Source: Candidatus Saccharimonadota bacterium (lineage in GTDB: Bacteria > Patescibacteriota > Saccharimonadia > UBA4664). From it: a stretch of 64,000 bases of DNA. The DNA lies in the NCBI GenBank assembly GCA_019352195.1, contig JACAFG010000004.1:21024-85023 (forward strand), written 5' to 3'. Each line of letters begins with the position of its first letter. Position 1 is the stretch's first letter. Shown here in pieces: positions 1 through 9,254 of the stretch. Made by a program: the position numbers and the translations under genes. The notes below the pieces were generated by a model. It was not told the DNA's origin. It worked only from the letters and a program-made list of their open reading frames with translations, and did no database searches.

Positions 1-403
1 TACCCACCCACTTATCCATGCCTCTTACCCCCACCTTTACACATTGGTTACCCCCAACTTGGGGATAATGCTTGTGGTAAAACTTGTCGCAAATAATAAC
101 CTAGTCGCAAAATGGCAAATAATGCTTCTGCCAAGCATCGAAAATAAGGTCTTGAAACCGTCGCACAACCGGTGTAACGAACTACGTTCATATATTTAGT
201 TGTAAAAAGTCTCATATAATTCGCGATCCGAGCTCCATTGACCACTAAGCTCACCATGCCAATAATCCGCCCCACAACCTTATTACGGGTCATGGTGCGG
301 ATTAATGCGAGGCTCGTAGACTTTCCACTAACTTTCGCTCATCCAAGCGCGTTCATTGGAACAGACCCAATGCCAACAAACGAAGCACATTTACCGAGCG
401 GTC

Positions 404-1780
404 CTAAACCGCCGCTGCCAACTGTTCACGAATGGCTTCAATTTCACCGCGCAGCGCGTCATCGACTTCAACTTGTTTCTCGATCTTTGTCACCGAGTGC
501 ATGGCGGTAGTGTGATCTCGTCCACCCACATTGGCCGCAATTTTAGGGTAGCTCAGACTCATATCATGACGCATGATATACATCACAATTTGGCGCGGTA
601 CTACAATTTCTTTATCGCGCTTGGTGCCAATAATATCGGCCGTCTGCAAATCAAAGTAACTGGCCACCCGGTCGATAATCAGCTTGGGCGACAACGGTTT
701 GAGCTTCGGACGCGCCGCTGCTTGTCCGGCCAACAACTGCGTTGCCGCGGCTACAGTTGGCTCTACGCCGCGCATCTCACAGTATGCCAATAGCTGCGTG
801 AGCGCGCCTTCGAGTTCACGTACGTTCACCTGAGCATGACGAATGAGGTAATCGATTACATCTACCGGTAGCAAGAGTCCCTGGGCGGCCGCCTTAGTTT
901 GTAAAATTGCCGCCCTCGTCTCGAGGTCTGGCGGTTGGACATCAACGGTAATACCGGCAGCACAACGGCTGCGCAACCGCTCTTCAAGGCCCATCAAAGC
1001 TTGCGGCGGCTTGTCGGAGCTAATAATAATCTGCTTGTTTGCCTGATGCAGCGTATTGAACGTATGAAAGAACTCATCCTGGGTTTTTTCCGCCCGGGCC
1101 AAAAATTGAATATCATCAATAATCAGCACATCCACCGCCCGGTACTTTTCGGCGAAGGCGGTGGTTTTCTTCTTCATAATTCCCGAGATAAATTCGTTGG
1201 TAAACGTTTCACTCGTTACGTATTCAATCCGCTTACTGGGGTCGCGTCGGTGAATTTCGTTGCCAACTGCCTGCATGAGGTGAGTTTTGCCGAGTCCTGT
1301 CGGGCCGTAAATAAACAGGGGATTGTACTTTTCACCGGGAGCCTTAGCGACCGCCTGGCTGGCAGCATGAGCAAACTCGTTGCTCGAACCCACCACAAAA
1401 CTCTCAAACACATATTTCGGATTAAGATTAGTGCTCGTAACATTAGCTTCACGCATCGGCAGCGAAGATTGAGTGGCTTTCGGCTTGGGGATGTCCGCCG
1501 AGCGATTCGGCTTAGGCGTGGGGTTGGCAGCAGTAGTACCGTCAATTTTGTACTCGATTGAGCGCAGAGGATTCGTCATTTTGCGCAGGGTCGAGTGGAT
1601 TTGGTCGCTGAACTTGGTTTCAAGCCACTGCTTGGTCATAACGTTTGGCACGGCAATCACAATGTTGCCGTCTTCGTTTGAAAGCATTGAAGTCTTACTA
1701 AACCAGGTCTTAAAGTTGGGGCCGGTCAGCGTTACTTCAAGCTCACCCAAGGCGGCCTGCCACAAGGCTTTTACATCCAT
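404..1780 (-). CDS. dnaA: Chromosomal replication initiator DnaA. The likely true start is the Met of MDVKALWQ at 1780; the listed ORF runs on to a TTG at 1840.
   Basis: Walker A GPTGLGKTHL, AAA+ core and C-terminal DnaA-box-binding domain; an AAGGAGG SD sits upstream of the 1780 ATG; the stop codon is TAG. Confidence 0.93.
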   Translation of the reverse strand: MDVKALWQAALGELEVTLTGPNFKTWFSKTSMLSNEDGNIVIAVPNVMTKQWLETKFSDQIHSTLRKMTNPLRSIEYKIDGTTAANPTPKPNRSADIPKPKATQSSLPMREANVTSTNLNPKYVFESFVVGSSNEFAHAASQAVAKAPGEKYNPLFIYGPTGLGKTHLMQAVGNEIHRRDPSKRIEYVTSETFTNEFISGIMKKKTTAFAEKYRAVDVLIIDDIQFLARAEKTQDEFFHTFNTLHQANKQIIISSDKPPQALMGLEERLRSRCAAGITVDVQPPDLETRAAILQTKAAAQGLLLPVDVIDYLIRHAQVNVRELEGALTQLLAYCEMRGVEPTVAAATQLLAGQAAARPKLKPLSPKLIIDRVASYFDLQTADIIGTKRDKEIVVPRQIVMYIMRHDMSLSYPKIAANVGGRDHTTAMHSVTKIEKQVEVDDALRGEIEAIREQLAAAV

Positions 1781-2011
1781 GATGTTATCTCGGCCTCCTT
1801 TCGTTCGTACATCATATCGGAGCATGAGCCTTTTCCACAACGCTGTTTTAATATCCTAATTATGGTGCGACTTATACACAGACGAAATTTCGCCCAACAG
1901 ATAAGAACGAAGTGCATAAGTTGTACCAAGGTGTGCAAAAACGGTGGGAAAGGTGTGACAAACTGTCCCGCTGTTGACTCTGCCGCTCAGATAGCGTAAT
2001 CTATCAAAGTT
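1781..2011. promoter_or_regulatory. Divergent dnaA/rpmH intergenic region, putative oriC segment with DnaA-box-like 9-mers.
   Basis: TTTTCCACA at 1831-1839 and TTATACACA at 1872-1880 each differ from the TTATCCACA consensus by one base; TGTGCAAAA and TGTGACAAA are weaker reverse-orientation matches; classic dnaA-rpmH divergent arrangement. Confidence 0.5.
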
Positions 2012-2149
2012 ATGTCGAAGCGAACTCACCAGCCAAAGAAGCGCAAACGCCAACGCGTCCATGGATTCATGGAACGTATGATGACGCGCGCTGGACGCAA
2101 CGTCCTCAAGCGCCGTATGCTCAAGGGCCGAAAACGCGTCGCAATCTAA
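2012..2149 (+). CDS. rpmH: 50S ribosomal protein L34. It is not in the ORF track because it is only 45 aa.
   Basis: Translation [45 protein letters not shown] matches the L34 signature; it lies immediately upstream of rnpA. Confidence 0.9.
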   Translation: MSKRTHQPKKRKRQRVHGFMERMMTRAGRNVLKRRMLKGRKRVAI

Positions 2150-2190
2150 AATGAGCCGCCTCGCGCGGCTCATTTCGTTTAGAGGTCTGA

Positions 2191-2535
2191 ATGCTTAAAG
2201 CCAACAACCGACTCCGTCAGCGCCGCGATATCGACCGCGTTTATAAGCGCGGAACTTATGGTAGCGCCGCCGGTCTGCTAACAGTGAAAGCAGCCTCCGG
2301 TGCCAACCGTCCCAGCCGCGCGGTCGTGGTAGTGAGTAAAAAAATCGACAAGCGTGCGGTGGTCCGTAACCGTCTCCGCCGCCGCCTTTTGGGCTCATTG
2401 CTTGAGATTTGGGCGACAGTGCCAGATGGTTACGATATAGTAATAAGCGTCCATCGCGATTTCCGCGCCGCTCCATCGACCGAACTCACAGCGGCCCTCA
2501 CTACTGCGCTGCGTCATGCCCGCGTAATGTCATAA
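2191..2535 (+). CDS. rnpA: Ribonuclease P protein component.
   Basis: Basic 114-aa protein following rpmH; RnpA-like RNR motif region VVRNRLRRRL. Confidence 0.8.
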   Translation: MLKANNRLRQRRDIDRVYKRGTYGSAAGLLTVKAASGANRPSRAVVVVSKKIDKRAVVRNRLRRRLLGSLLEIWATVPDGYDIVISVHRDFRAAPSTELTAALTTALRHARVMS

Positions 2536-2550
2536 GTTTATTGGAGAATC

Positions 2551-3354
2551 ATGTTTAATACGCTCCTCGTTAAGCCGCTATTCAATCTGCTCGCAATTAT
2601 TTACGCTTATTTGCCAGGCCACGATTTTGGCGTTGCGATTATTATTCTTACCATCATCATTCGCCTCATTTTGTGGCCGGTGGTCACCAAGCAGCTCCAC
2701 TCGCAGCGCGCCATGCAGCAACTACAGCCAGAACTCGCTCGCATCAAGGCTGAGGCCAAAGGTGATCGTGCGCTCGAAAGTAAGCTCACCATGGAGCTCT
2801 ACAAAGAAAAAGAAATTAACCCCTTGGGTTCATTGCTGCCGCTCCTTATCCAACTACCTATCTTTATTGCGCTCTACGCTGTCTTACGGGACCTTGTTAA
2901 GCCAGGTGAGATTGAGCATTTGGCTTATCCTGCGGTCAAAAATCTTGCCCCAATCGCAGCCATCATCGCCAGTAATTCCCCATTTCACCCGCAGTTGTTT
3001 GGCGTTATAGATCTCGCTAAACCGTCGCCAATTTTGGCCGTGCTGGCAGGGGTGTTCCAGTTTATTCAGACTAAACAGCTTGCTCCCAAAAATGCCGTCA
3101 AGGATGCTTCTGCCCAAGTTACAGCTGCCATGACTTATGCCTTCCCGTTTGTTACCTTTATCCTCGGCCTCACCTTCCCAGCTGCTCTCACGCTTTACTG
3201 GACCACCTCAAGTGCCGTAGCGGTGCTGCAGCAGACTATTGTCTTGCGCCGCGACGCGCGCGAGCTCGCCGTTATCGAAGAGGCAATCGTGCTCGACGCC
3301 CCAACCCCGGCCAAGTTAAACTCGCCTAAGAAAAAGAAAGCCAAGAAAAAATAA
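2551..3354 (+). CDS. yidC: Membrane protein insertase YidC/Oxa1 family (short form).
   Basis: Multi-TM 267-aa protein after rnpA; lysine-rich C-terminal tail KKKKAKKK typical of short YidC. Confidence 0.8.
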   Translation: MFNTLLVKPLFNLLAIIYAYLPGHDFGVAIIILTIIIRLILWPVVTKQLHSQRAMQQLQPELARIKAEAKGDRALESKLTMELYKEKEINPLGSLLPLLIQLPIFIALYAVLRDLVKPGEIEHLAYPAVKNLAPIAAIIASNSPFHPQLFGVIDLAKPSPILAVLAGVFQFIQTKQLAPKNAVKDASAQVTAAMTYAFPFVTFILGLTFPAALTLYWTTSSAVAVLQQTIVLRRDARELAVIEEAIVLDAPTPAKLNSPKKKKAKKK

Positions 3355-3809
3355 TGGCAGATCTCAATGCCATTGCAGCCGCCAAGACGAGCGAACTCAT
3401 TTCGTTTTTTGGTATCAACGCCGACGCGAAGCCGGTTATTACTGAAGATGGCATAGTGCTCGATATCGACGCGCCGACCGCCTCAGCCCGCCTCATTGGC
3501 TACCACGGCGAAACGTTGCGCGCCCTCGAATACGTTATCAATCAAATTATGAAGCGCGTTGATGGCGACGCCCCTCGTTACCAGCTCGACGTGGCCGGTT
3601 ACCGTGAAGCACGTCGTCGTGGCCTCGAAGAACTCGCCCGCGATGCCGCCGCGCGGGTAGTTGAAACCGGTGCCAGCGAAGAGCTACGTCCTATGAATCC
3701 TGCCGAGCGTCGCATCGTCCATATGACCCTGCGCGAGTTGCCTGAAGTGGTAACCGAATCGGTGGGAGAGGATCGCTCGCGCCGTATCGTTATCAAACGC
3801 GCTACCTGA
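3354..3809 (+). CDS. khpB: Jag/KhpB-like RNA-binding protein with KH and R3H domains.
   Basis: ATG overlaps the yidC stop by 1 nt; conserved position in the rpmH-rnpA-yidC-jag cluster; R3H-like C-terminus. Confidence 0.75.
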   Translation: MADLNAIAAAKTSELISFFGINADAKPVITEDGIVLDIDAPTASARLIGYHGETLRALEYVINQIMKRVDGDAPRYQLDVAGYREARRRGLEELARDAAARVVETGASEELRPMNPAERRIVHMTLRELPEVVTESVGEDRSRRIVIKRAT

Positions 3810-3810
3810 A

Positions 3811-3845
3811 ACGGCCCTCCGGCCGTTCTTTGATTCGGTTTTTGT
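3811..3845. terminator. Hairpin ACGGCC-CTCC-GGCCGT followed by a T-rich tract, sitting between convergent jag and the GT4 gene.
   Basis: Inverted repeat read directly from the sequence at 3811-3826, followed by tctttgattcggttttt. Confidence 0.6.
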
Positions 3846-3861
3846 CCTAACAAAAGCTTGG

Positions 3862-4977
3862 TTAATCGCGCCGCAACGAGCGCAATGTAACCCGGTACAT
3901 GGCGAGTGTTTGCTCAGTCGTCGCTTTCCAGCTAAAACGCTTGAGCTGTTCGTATCCGGCCGCTACCAACCGAGCGCGCTCGACCTCATTTGCAGTTAAT
4001 ATGTCAATTTTATCCGTTAAATCTGTCGTTGAGTGCGGATCAAAATAGGCGGCGGCGTCTCCGTATACTTCTGGCAGACAAGTCGCGTTAGACGCCAGTA
4101 CTGGTGCGCCGTTCGACATCGCTTCAAGACCTGGCAAACCAAAACCTTCCGATAGCGACGGAAACACAAATAAGCTCGCTTGTTGATAGAGCCGGGTGAG
4201 CTCGTCATCACTGACTCGTCCTACAAACTTTACCCCCGCACCGAGCTTATTTTTGGCGACATATGCGCGCAGCTGTTCTCGGAAATAATCTTCGGGACCA
4301 CCCAAAATCAACTCACCACCGTGTGCCCTGAATTTGCTCACGGCAAACGCATCCACGAGCCGCGCTAGGTTTTTATAAGGGTACGAATTACCAAGCGAAA
4401 ACAAATAGGGTACTTCCGGTGATACTGGCTTAGTCGCGTCTTGCCCGGTCATCTCAAATCCCAATGGAATCGTCGTAAAACGCTCCGGCGGCAAATGAAA
4501 ATGACTCGCCAGGCGGTTTTTAACGTAGTTGGTGGAGCAAATAATGAGTTTAGACTTACGGACCGCATGACGGAGCGTCCAGCGTGAGGCGGCGTACTTC
4601 GCCTCGTATATCACATGCTTTAAACCGTCACCACGGTAGTTTTTAAAATCTACCAAGGTCATATCATGGACATTTGCCACGAAGGGCGCGTTATAAAACA
4701 CCGGCACGGTAAAGTGGGGGAAATGCACTAAATCCGGCTTGAGCGAACGTAAAATTCCCGGCAACCGCAGTTGTTCGGCCACGGTGTAGGGCGCAATATC
4801 AACCCACTCAATGCGAAAATTTGGCGCCACAGGTGCCCAGCGCTTGGCGTCTGCACGCTGCATAAGCACCACGTAGTCGTTGCTGTCATCCTGCTGCTCG
4901 AGGCGCAATAAGAGCTCTTTAGCGTAGCGGCCGATACCGGTCCAGCCAAGCACACGGCCGTCAAAAACAATTCTCAT
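3862..4977 (-). CDS. Glycosyltransferase, GT4 (GT-B) family.
   Basis: C-terminal EX7E-type motif region GFGLPGLEAMSNGAPVLAS. Confidence 0.8.
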   Translation of the reverse strand: MRIVFDGRVLGWTGIGRYAKELLLRLEQQDDSNDYVVLMQRADAKRWAPVAPNFRIEWVDIAPYTVAEQLRLPGILRSLKPDLVHFPHFTVPVFYNAPFVANVHDMTLVDFKNYRGDGLKHVIYEAKYAASRWTLRHAVRKSKLIICSTNYVKNRLASHFHLPPERFTTIPLGFEMTGQDATKPVSPEVPYLFSLGNSYPYKNLARLVDAFAVSKFRAHGGELILGGPEDYFREQLRAYVAKNKLGAGVKFVGRVSDDELTRLYQQASLFVFPSLSEGFGLPGLEAMSNGAPVLASNATCLPEVYGDAAAYFDPHSTTDLTDKIDILTANEVERARLVAAGYEQLKRFSWKATTEQTLAMYRVTLRSLRRD

Positions 4978-4991
4978 GTCACTTAGTATAA

Positions 4992-6038
4992 CTAAGATGC
5001 GCGTTTGAAGCGACGAAAGCGTAGCTGCTGTTGGGGTGGCAGCCCGTGATACAGCTGAGCTTCAATCATGTCGACCGTAACCTGGCGTCGGTGCTGGATA
5101 CGGTATCGACTCACTAAAATCCCGGGAAAATTCCAAACGGCGGTGGCATTGGCCTTAAAGTTAGCCGCAAACAGTCCCCGCTTAATGTCGCTCACCGCCA
5201 TCATGCCCCAGCTTGCCCAAAAGCGCGGTAAATACTTCCAATACAATGCCCCCGGCATGTTTTTGGTATACAGGTAGCTAAAATTCTTCACCGAGTGATA
5301 ACGGGCAAACGGGCTTGGCCCAGCCGCCGTCACAACCGCTGCCTCACCGTCGCCCGCTGCGTTGAGGCGCGCGCTCGTGCCGCCGATACGGTGGCGCACT
5401 ACTGACGCGGGCTCGTACTCGACTTTCCAACCAGCCAAACGCGCCCGAAAACTTATATCGGTGTCTTCGTAGTAAGCAAAAAAGCGCTGGTCAAATAAAC
5501 CTATTTCGCGCAGCATTGAGGCTCGGTACAAACTCGCACCGCCCGAGCCGGCAAAAACGTCACGCTGCTCGGCCGAATCAAATTGACCGGTATCAAGCTC
5601 GTCGCGTCCGCGCGGAAACGGAAACCCCCATGTTGAATACAGATCGCCGGTGGAGTCGAGTCGGGTATCTTCAAAGTGGCGAATTTTCGCCGCCGCAATG
5701 CCCACTTTGGGGTTGCCGGATAAAACCGCTACCAGCTTCTCCAGCCAGTCAGGGGCGGGAATAGCATCGTTATTGAGGAGCGCCGCTGCCTCTACTCTCA
5801 GCTTTAAGGCCGCTTCGAGGCCAGGATTTACTCCACCAGTGAAGCCGTAATTTTTATCACGGCAAATGAGGACAACCTGCGGATAATGTTCACGGATAAG
5901 TTCAACTGAACCATCGGTTGAGCCATTATCAACTACAATCACGCTCGCCGGCAGCGTTTGAGTCAGCGCGCTGTCGAGGCAGTCAGCCAACCAATCGAGG
6001 CCGTTCCAATTGGGAATAACAACTGCGTATTTATGCAT
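4992..6038 (-). CDS. Glycosyltransferase family 2. The start is probably the MHKYAVVIP Met at 6038; the listed ORF extends to 6152 and overlaps wzm.
   Basis: GT-A motif VVIPNWNG ... VIVVDNGSTDGS. Confidence 0.8.
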   Translation of the reverse strand: MHKYAVVIPNWNGLDWLADCLDSALTQTLPASVIVVDNGSTDGSVELIREHYPQVVLICRDKNYGFTGGVNPGLEAALKLRVEAAALLNNDAIPAPDWLEKLVAVLSGNPKVGIAAAKIRHFEDTRLDSTGDLYSTWGFPFPRGRDELDTGQFDSAEQRDVFAGSGGASLYRASMLREIGLFDQRFFAYYEDTDISFRARLAGWKVEYEPASVVRHRIGGTSARLNAAGDGEAAVVTAAGPSPFARYHSVKNFSYLYTKNMPGALYWKYLPRFWASWGMMAVSDIKRGLFAANFKANATAVWNFPGILVSRYRIQHRRQVTVDMIEAQLYHGLPPQQQLRFRRFKRAS

Positions 6039-6068
6039 ATGCCTAGGATAGCTTATAATTGAACGACT

Positions 6069-6881
6069 ATGCATCTCCAGAATATTCTTAGCCACCGTAA
6101 CCGCGCGCTCCTCCGAGAGCTCGTCGCCACCGATTTCAAGCTCAGATACCAAGGCTCGGCCCTCGGCTATCTGTGGTCGCTGTTTCGGCCACTATTCTTG
6201 TTTGCCATCCTTTATATCGTTTTTGGGTACTTTGCGAAGTTTGGCGGCAATATAGATCATTACCCGGTATATTTGCTGCTTGGTATTGTGCTATGGAACT
6301 TCTTTGTTGAAGCAACCAACTTTGGCTTAGGATCAATTGTGAATCGCGGCGACCTTATACGTAAAATCAATTTCCCCAAATATATTATCGTGGTTTCGGG
6401 TAGTATCTCAGCACTGATTAACTTATGTATTAGTTTGGTCGTGGTTCTGCTATTCGTATTACTCGCCGGTATTCATCTCAGGCCCGTGGTAATTTTGTTG
6501 CCGTTTCTTATCGTTGAGCTGTATATTTTTGCGTTGGCCGTCGCCTTCTTTTTATCCGCTCTCTACGTAAAATATCGTGACGTCAGCTACATCTGGGAGC
6601 TGGTTATGCAAGCGGGGATTTATGCCACTCCTATCATTATTCCAATCTCGCTTGTCTTAGCTCAGAGCCGGCTAGCGGCTAAAGTCATGCTCCTCAACCC
6701 TATCGCCCAGATCATCCAAGACGCCCGTTATGTTCTCGTAACTCCCAGCACTGACACGCTTTACAAACTCACCCATAATTGGCTGTCCGTTATTACGCCA
6801 CTAATCATCATCATCGTACTTGTCATTACGGCGGCCCTCTACTTCCGCGCGAACGCCAAATACTTTGCGGAGAATGTGTAA
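6069..6881 (+). CDS. wzm: ABC-2 type polysaccharide export permease (Wzm/TagG/KpsM-like).
   Basis: Six-TM ABC-2 permease with the typical N-terminus RELVATDFKLRYQGSALGYLW. Confidence 0.8.
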   Translation: MHLQNILSHRNRALLRELVATDFKLRYQGSALGYLWSLFRPLFLFAILYIVFGYFAKFGGNIDHYPVYLLLGIVLWNFFVEATNFGLGSIVNRGDLIRKINFPKYIIVVSGSISALINLCISLVVVLLFVLLAGIHLRPVVILLPFLIVELYIFALAVAFFLSALYVKYRDVSYIWELVMQAGIYATPIIIPISLVLAQSRLAAKVMLLNPIAQIIQDARYVLVTPSTDTLYKLTHNWLSVITPLIIIIVLVITAALYFRANAKYFAENV

Positions 6882-8113
6882 TGAACGATCAACCAGTAAT
6901 TCGAGTAAATAAGGTTTCAAAGAGTTTTCGATTGCCTCACGAAAAATACACTGGGCTTAAGCAGGCACTTATCAATTTCCGACCTGGCCGCGGTGAATCT
7001 GAGCAGCAAAAAGTGCTTAATAACATCAGTTTTAATATCAAAAAAGGCGAATTCTTTGGCATTGTTGGGCGTAACGGCAGCGGTAAGAGCACCATGCTTA
7101 AACTGCTTGCCCAAATTTATGTTCCTGACAACGGCGGCGTACACATCGACGGCAGCTTAACGCCATTTATTGAGCTTGGAGTTGGTTTCAACCCAGAGCT
7201 AACAGGTCGTGAAAACGTCTACCTTAACGGTGCTCTCCTGGGCTTTGACCGCAAGCAAACACAGGCCATGTATAACGATATTGTCAGCTTTGCAGAACTT
7301 GAGCCATTTATGGATCAAAAACTCAAAAACTACAGTTCAGGAATGCAGGTTCGCCTGGCCTTTTCGGTGGCCATCCGAGCTCAGAGTGATATTTTGCTCA
7401 TTGATGAAGTGTTGGCGGTGGGCGACGCATTGTTTCAGAAAAAATGTTACGAGTATTTCCGCGAGCTCAAACGTCAGGGCCGCACCGTTGTGTTTGTAAG
7501 CCATGATACCGGCGCTCTTGAAGAGTACTGCGACCGAGGAGCGCTCATCGAAAAAGGTGAACTTATACTTGAGGGCCCAATCACCGATGTAATCACTCGC
7601 TACACCAAAATTTTAAGCTCATCAGAAGTCCAAGAAGCTAACGAGCAGGGAATTAGTGATGATGGGCACTGGGGTTCTGGTTTGGCACGGATCGAGCGCG
7701 TTGGAATTACGACTCCTAGTGGAAAAAGCCAAAACGAGTACAAGGAAGACGAACCCATCAAAGTATCCGTCACTTTTTCTGCCGCCCAGGACATTCCTTC
7801 ACCAGTATGTGGTATCACGATTACCGACATCAAAAATGGCGTCATTTTTCAATCAAATACGCTTTGGGTCAAACAACCACTCCGAGATATGGCCGCGGGA
7901 GACAAGGTTGAACTAGAATGGACGTTGCCAAACTATTTCAATTCGGGTACTTTTTATGTCTCCCCCGCCGTATCGGATCGCTTTGGTATTGAAGTCTATG
8001 ACTGGGCAGAAGGTGCTGCGCAATTTATGGTTACCAAAAAACAAAAGAGCCATGCCGTCATTAACGTAAAACACCAACTAACCGCTCGGTATGAGGACAA
8101 TCAGCGTGGCTAA
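6881..8113 (+). CDS. wzt: ABC transporter ATP-binding protein (Wzt/TagH-like) with roughly 170 aa of extra C-terminal domain.
   Basis: Walker A GRNGSGKST, signature YSSGMQVRLAF, Walker B ILLIDEVLAVGD; ATG overlaps the wzm stop (TAATG); the extended C-terminal beta-rich domain is consistent with a Wzt carbohydrate-binding module. Confidence 0.85.
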   Translation: MNDQPVIRVNKVSKSFRLPHEKYTGLKQALINFRPGRGESEQQKVLNNISFNIKKGEFFGIVGRNGSGKSTMLKLLAQIYVPDNGGVHIDGSLTPFIELGVGFNPELTGRENVYLNGALLGFDRKQTQAMYNDIVSFAELEPFMDQKLKNYSSGMQVRLAFSVAIRAQSDILLIDEVLAVGDALFQKKCYEYFRELKRQGRTVVFVSHDTGALEEYCDRGALIEKGELILEGPITDVITRYTKILSSSEVQEANEQGISDDGHWGSGLARIERVGITTPSGKSQNEYKEDEPIKVSVTFSAAQDIPSPVCGITITDIKNGVIFQSNTLWVKQPLRDMAAGDKVELEWTLPNYFNSGTFYVSPAVSDRFGIEVYDWAEGAAQFMVTKKQKSHAVINVKHQLTARYEDNQRG

Positions 8114-9254
8114 CACCGATGATCTTCCGGCCCAATATGTTCGCCTATCAGCCCAACCGACCGTTCAAGCTGAGGCAGGGTACTGTACGTCCTGCGGTGC
8201 ATTCTCGAGCTTTCGATATGTCGAGATTATCAACGAGCAATTAGCAGCCCAGTGGGAGCTAAACCCGCTTCAACGGGAGCTCTTTAGCGCCCGTGAATCA
8301 CGCTATTGTTTGTTTTGCGGCTGTTCGACTCGTTTACGCAATCAGGCCGAAGCCATACGACTGGTTTTTGACACGAAGGATGAGTACCAGTCGCTCCAAG
8401 AAGCGGTAAGAGGCGGAGTGTTTGCCGATATTAAGGTTGCCGAAATTAATTCTTGTGGCGAGCTGCACCATGTTCTTGAGGAAATTGAGAATCTCAAATA
8501 TTCCGAGTATGTACCGGCTGATACGAGTATTGAGCATCAAGATTTGCTCGGTTTGAGCTATTCCAGCAATTCTTTTGATTTAGTGCTCACCTCCGATACC
8601 CTCGAACACGTACCAGACGCCACCAAGGCCTTCCAGGAGACCTTCCGCATCCTTAAGCCTGGCGGGTACCACATTTTCACCACACCTATCGTGTGGGATC
8701 GCCAGACACGCGCTCGCGTAACTATGGGGAACGGTGAACCGGATCATTTGTTGGCTGATTCATTTCATGGTTCGGGCGAAGACGATTACTTGGTTTGGTC
8801 GGAGTTTGGCGCCGACATCATTACAAACCTCAAGGAAGTTGGCTTTTCACCACAAGTTTTCTTTTTAAACGCCACAAATATTGATGATCCTTCGGCTGTA
8901 ATTGTTGCTCGTAAGGGGGTCTTCACCAAGCCGCTAAATCATCAGCTGGTTGATGGACTCTTTACTGACAAAATTAAGACCGGCTCCAAGTTTGCGTCAG
9001 CCAGTCTCTATCAAAAGAGTTATCAGTTTGATCCCGAATTCCAAGGCCTTAAACTGTCAGCTCTTAGCACTAAACTGCAGCTCACGCTCAATCATGTTGC
9101 CAATCTCGAACATCTTGTAGAAGAACCAAAGCAGAAAATCAACCGGCTTGAAGCCGAGCTTGACGGCATTTACCGCTCCCGTCGATGGAAAATTACCGAG
9201 CCAATGGCGCAGTTTAACGCCTTTTTCCGGCGCTTTCGCAGTCCTCGCGACTAG
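8091..9254 (+). CDS. Class I SAM-dependent methyltransferase with an N-terminal zinc ribbon and a C-terminal coiled-coil segment.
   Basis: Zinc ribbon CxxC...CxxC (CTSCGAF ... CLFCGCS); methyltransferase core LVLTSDTLEHV ... ILKPGGY; a helical segment NRLEAELDGIY near the C-terminus. Confidence 0.65.
   Translation: MRTISVANTDDLPAQYVRLSAQPTVQAEAGYCTSCGAFSSFRYVEIINEQLAAQWELNPLQRELFSARESRYCLFCGCSTRLRNQAEAIRLVFDTKDEYQSLQEAVRGGVFADIKVAEINSCGELHHVLEEIENLKYSEYVPADTSIEHQDLLGLSYSSNSFDLVLTSDTLEHVPDATKAFQETFRILKPGGYHIFTTPIVWDRQTRARVTMGNGEPDHLLADSFHGSGEDDYLVWSEFGADIITNLKEVGFSPQVFFLNATNIDDPSAVIVARKGVFTKPLNHQLVDGLFTDKIKTGSKFASASLYQKSYQFDPEFQGLKLSALSTKLQLTLNHVANLEHLVEEPKQKINRLEAELDGIYRSRRWKITEPMAQFNAFFRRFRSPRD

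Noticed and set aside
935-1561. ORFs of 208 aa on the plus strand and 109 aa on the minus strand inside dnaA.
   Set aside because: They are fully embedded in, and antisense or out of frame to, the well-supported dnaA gene. They are typical shadow ORFs.
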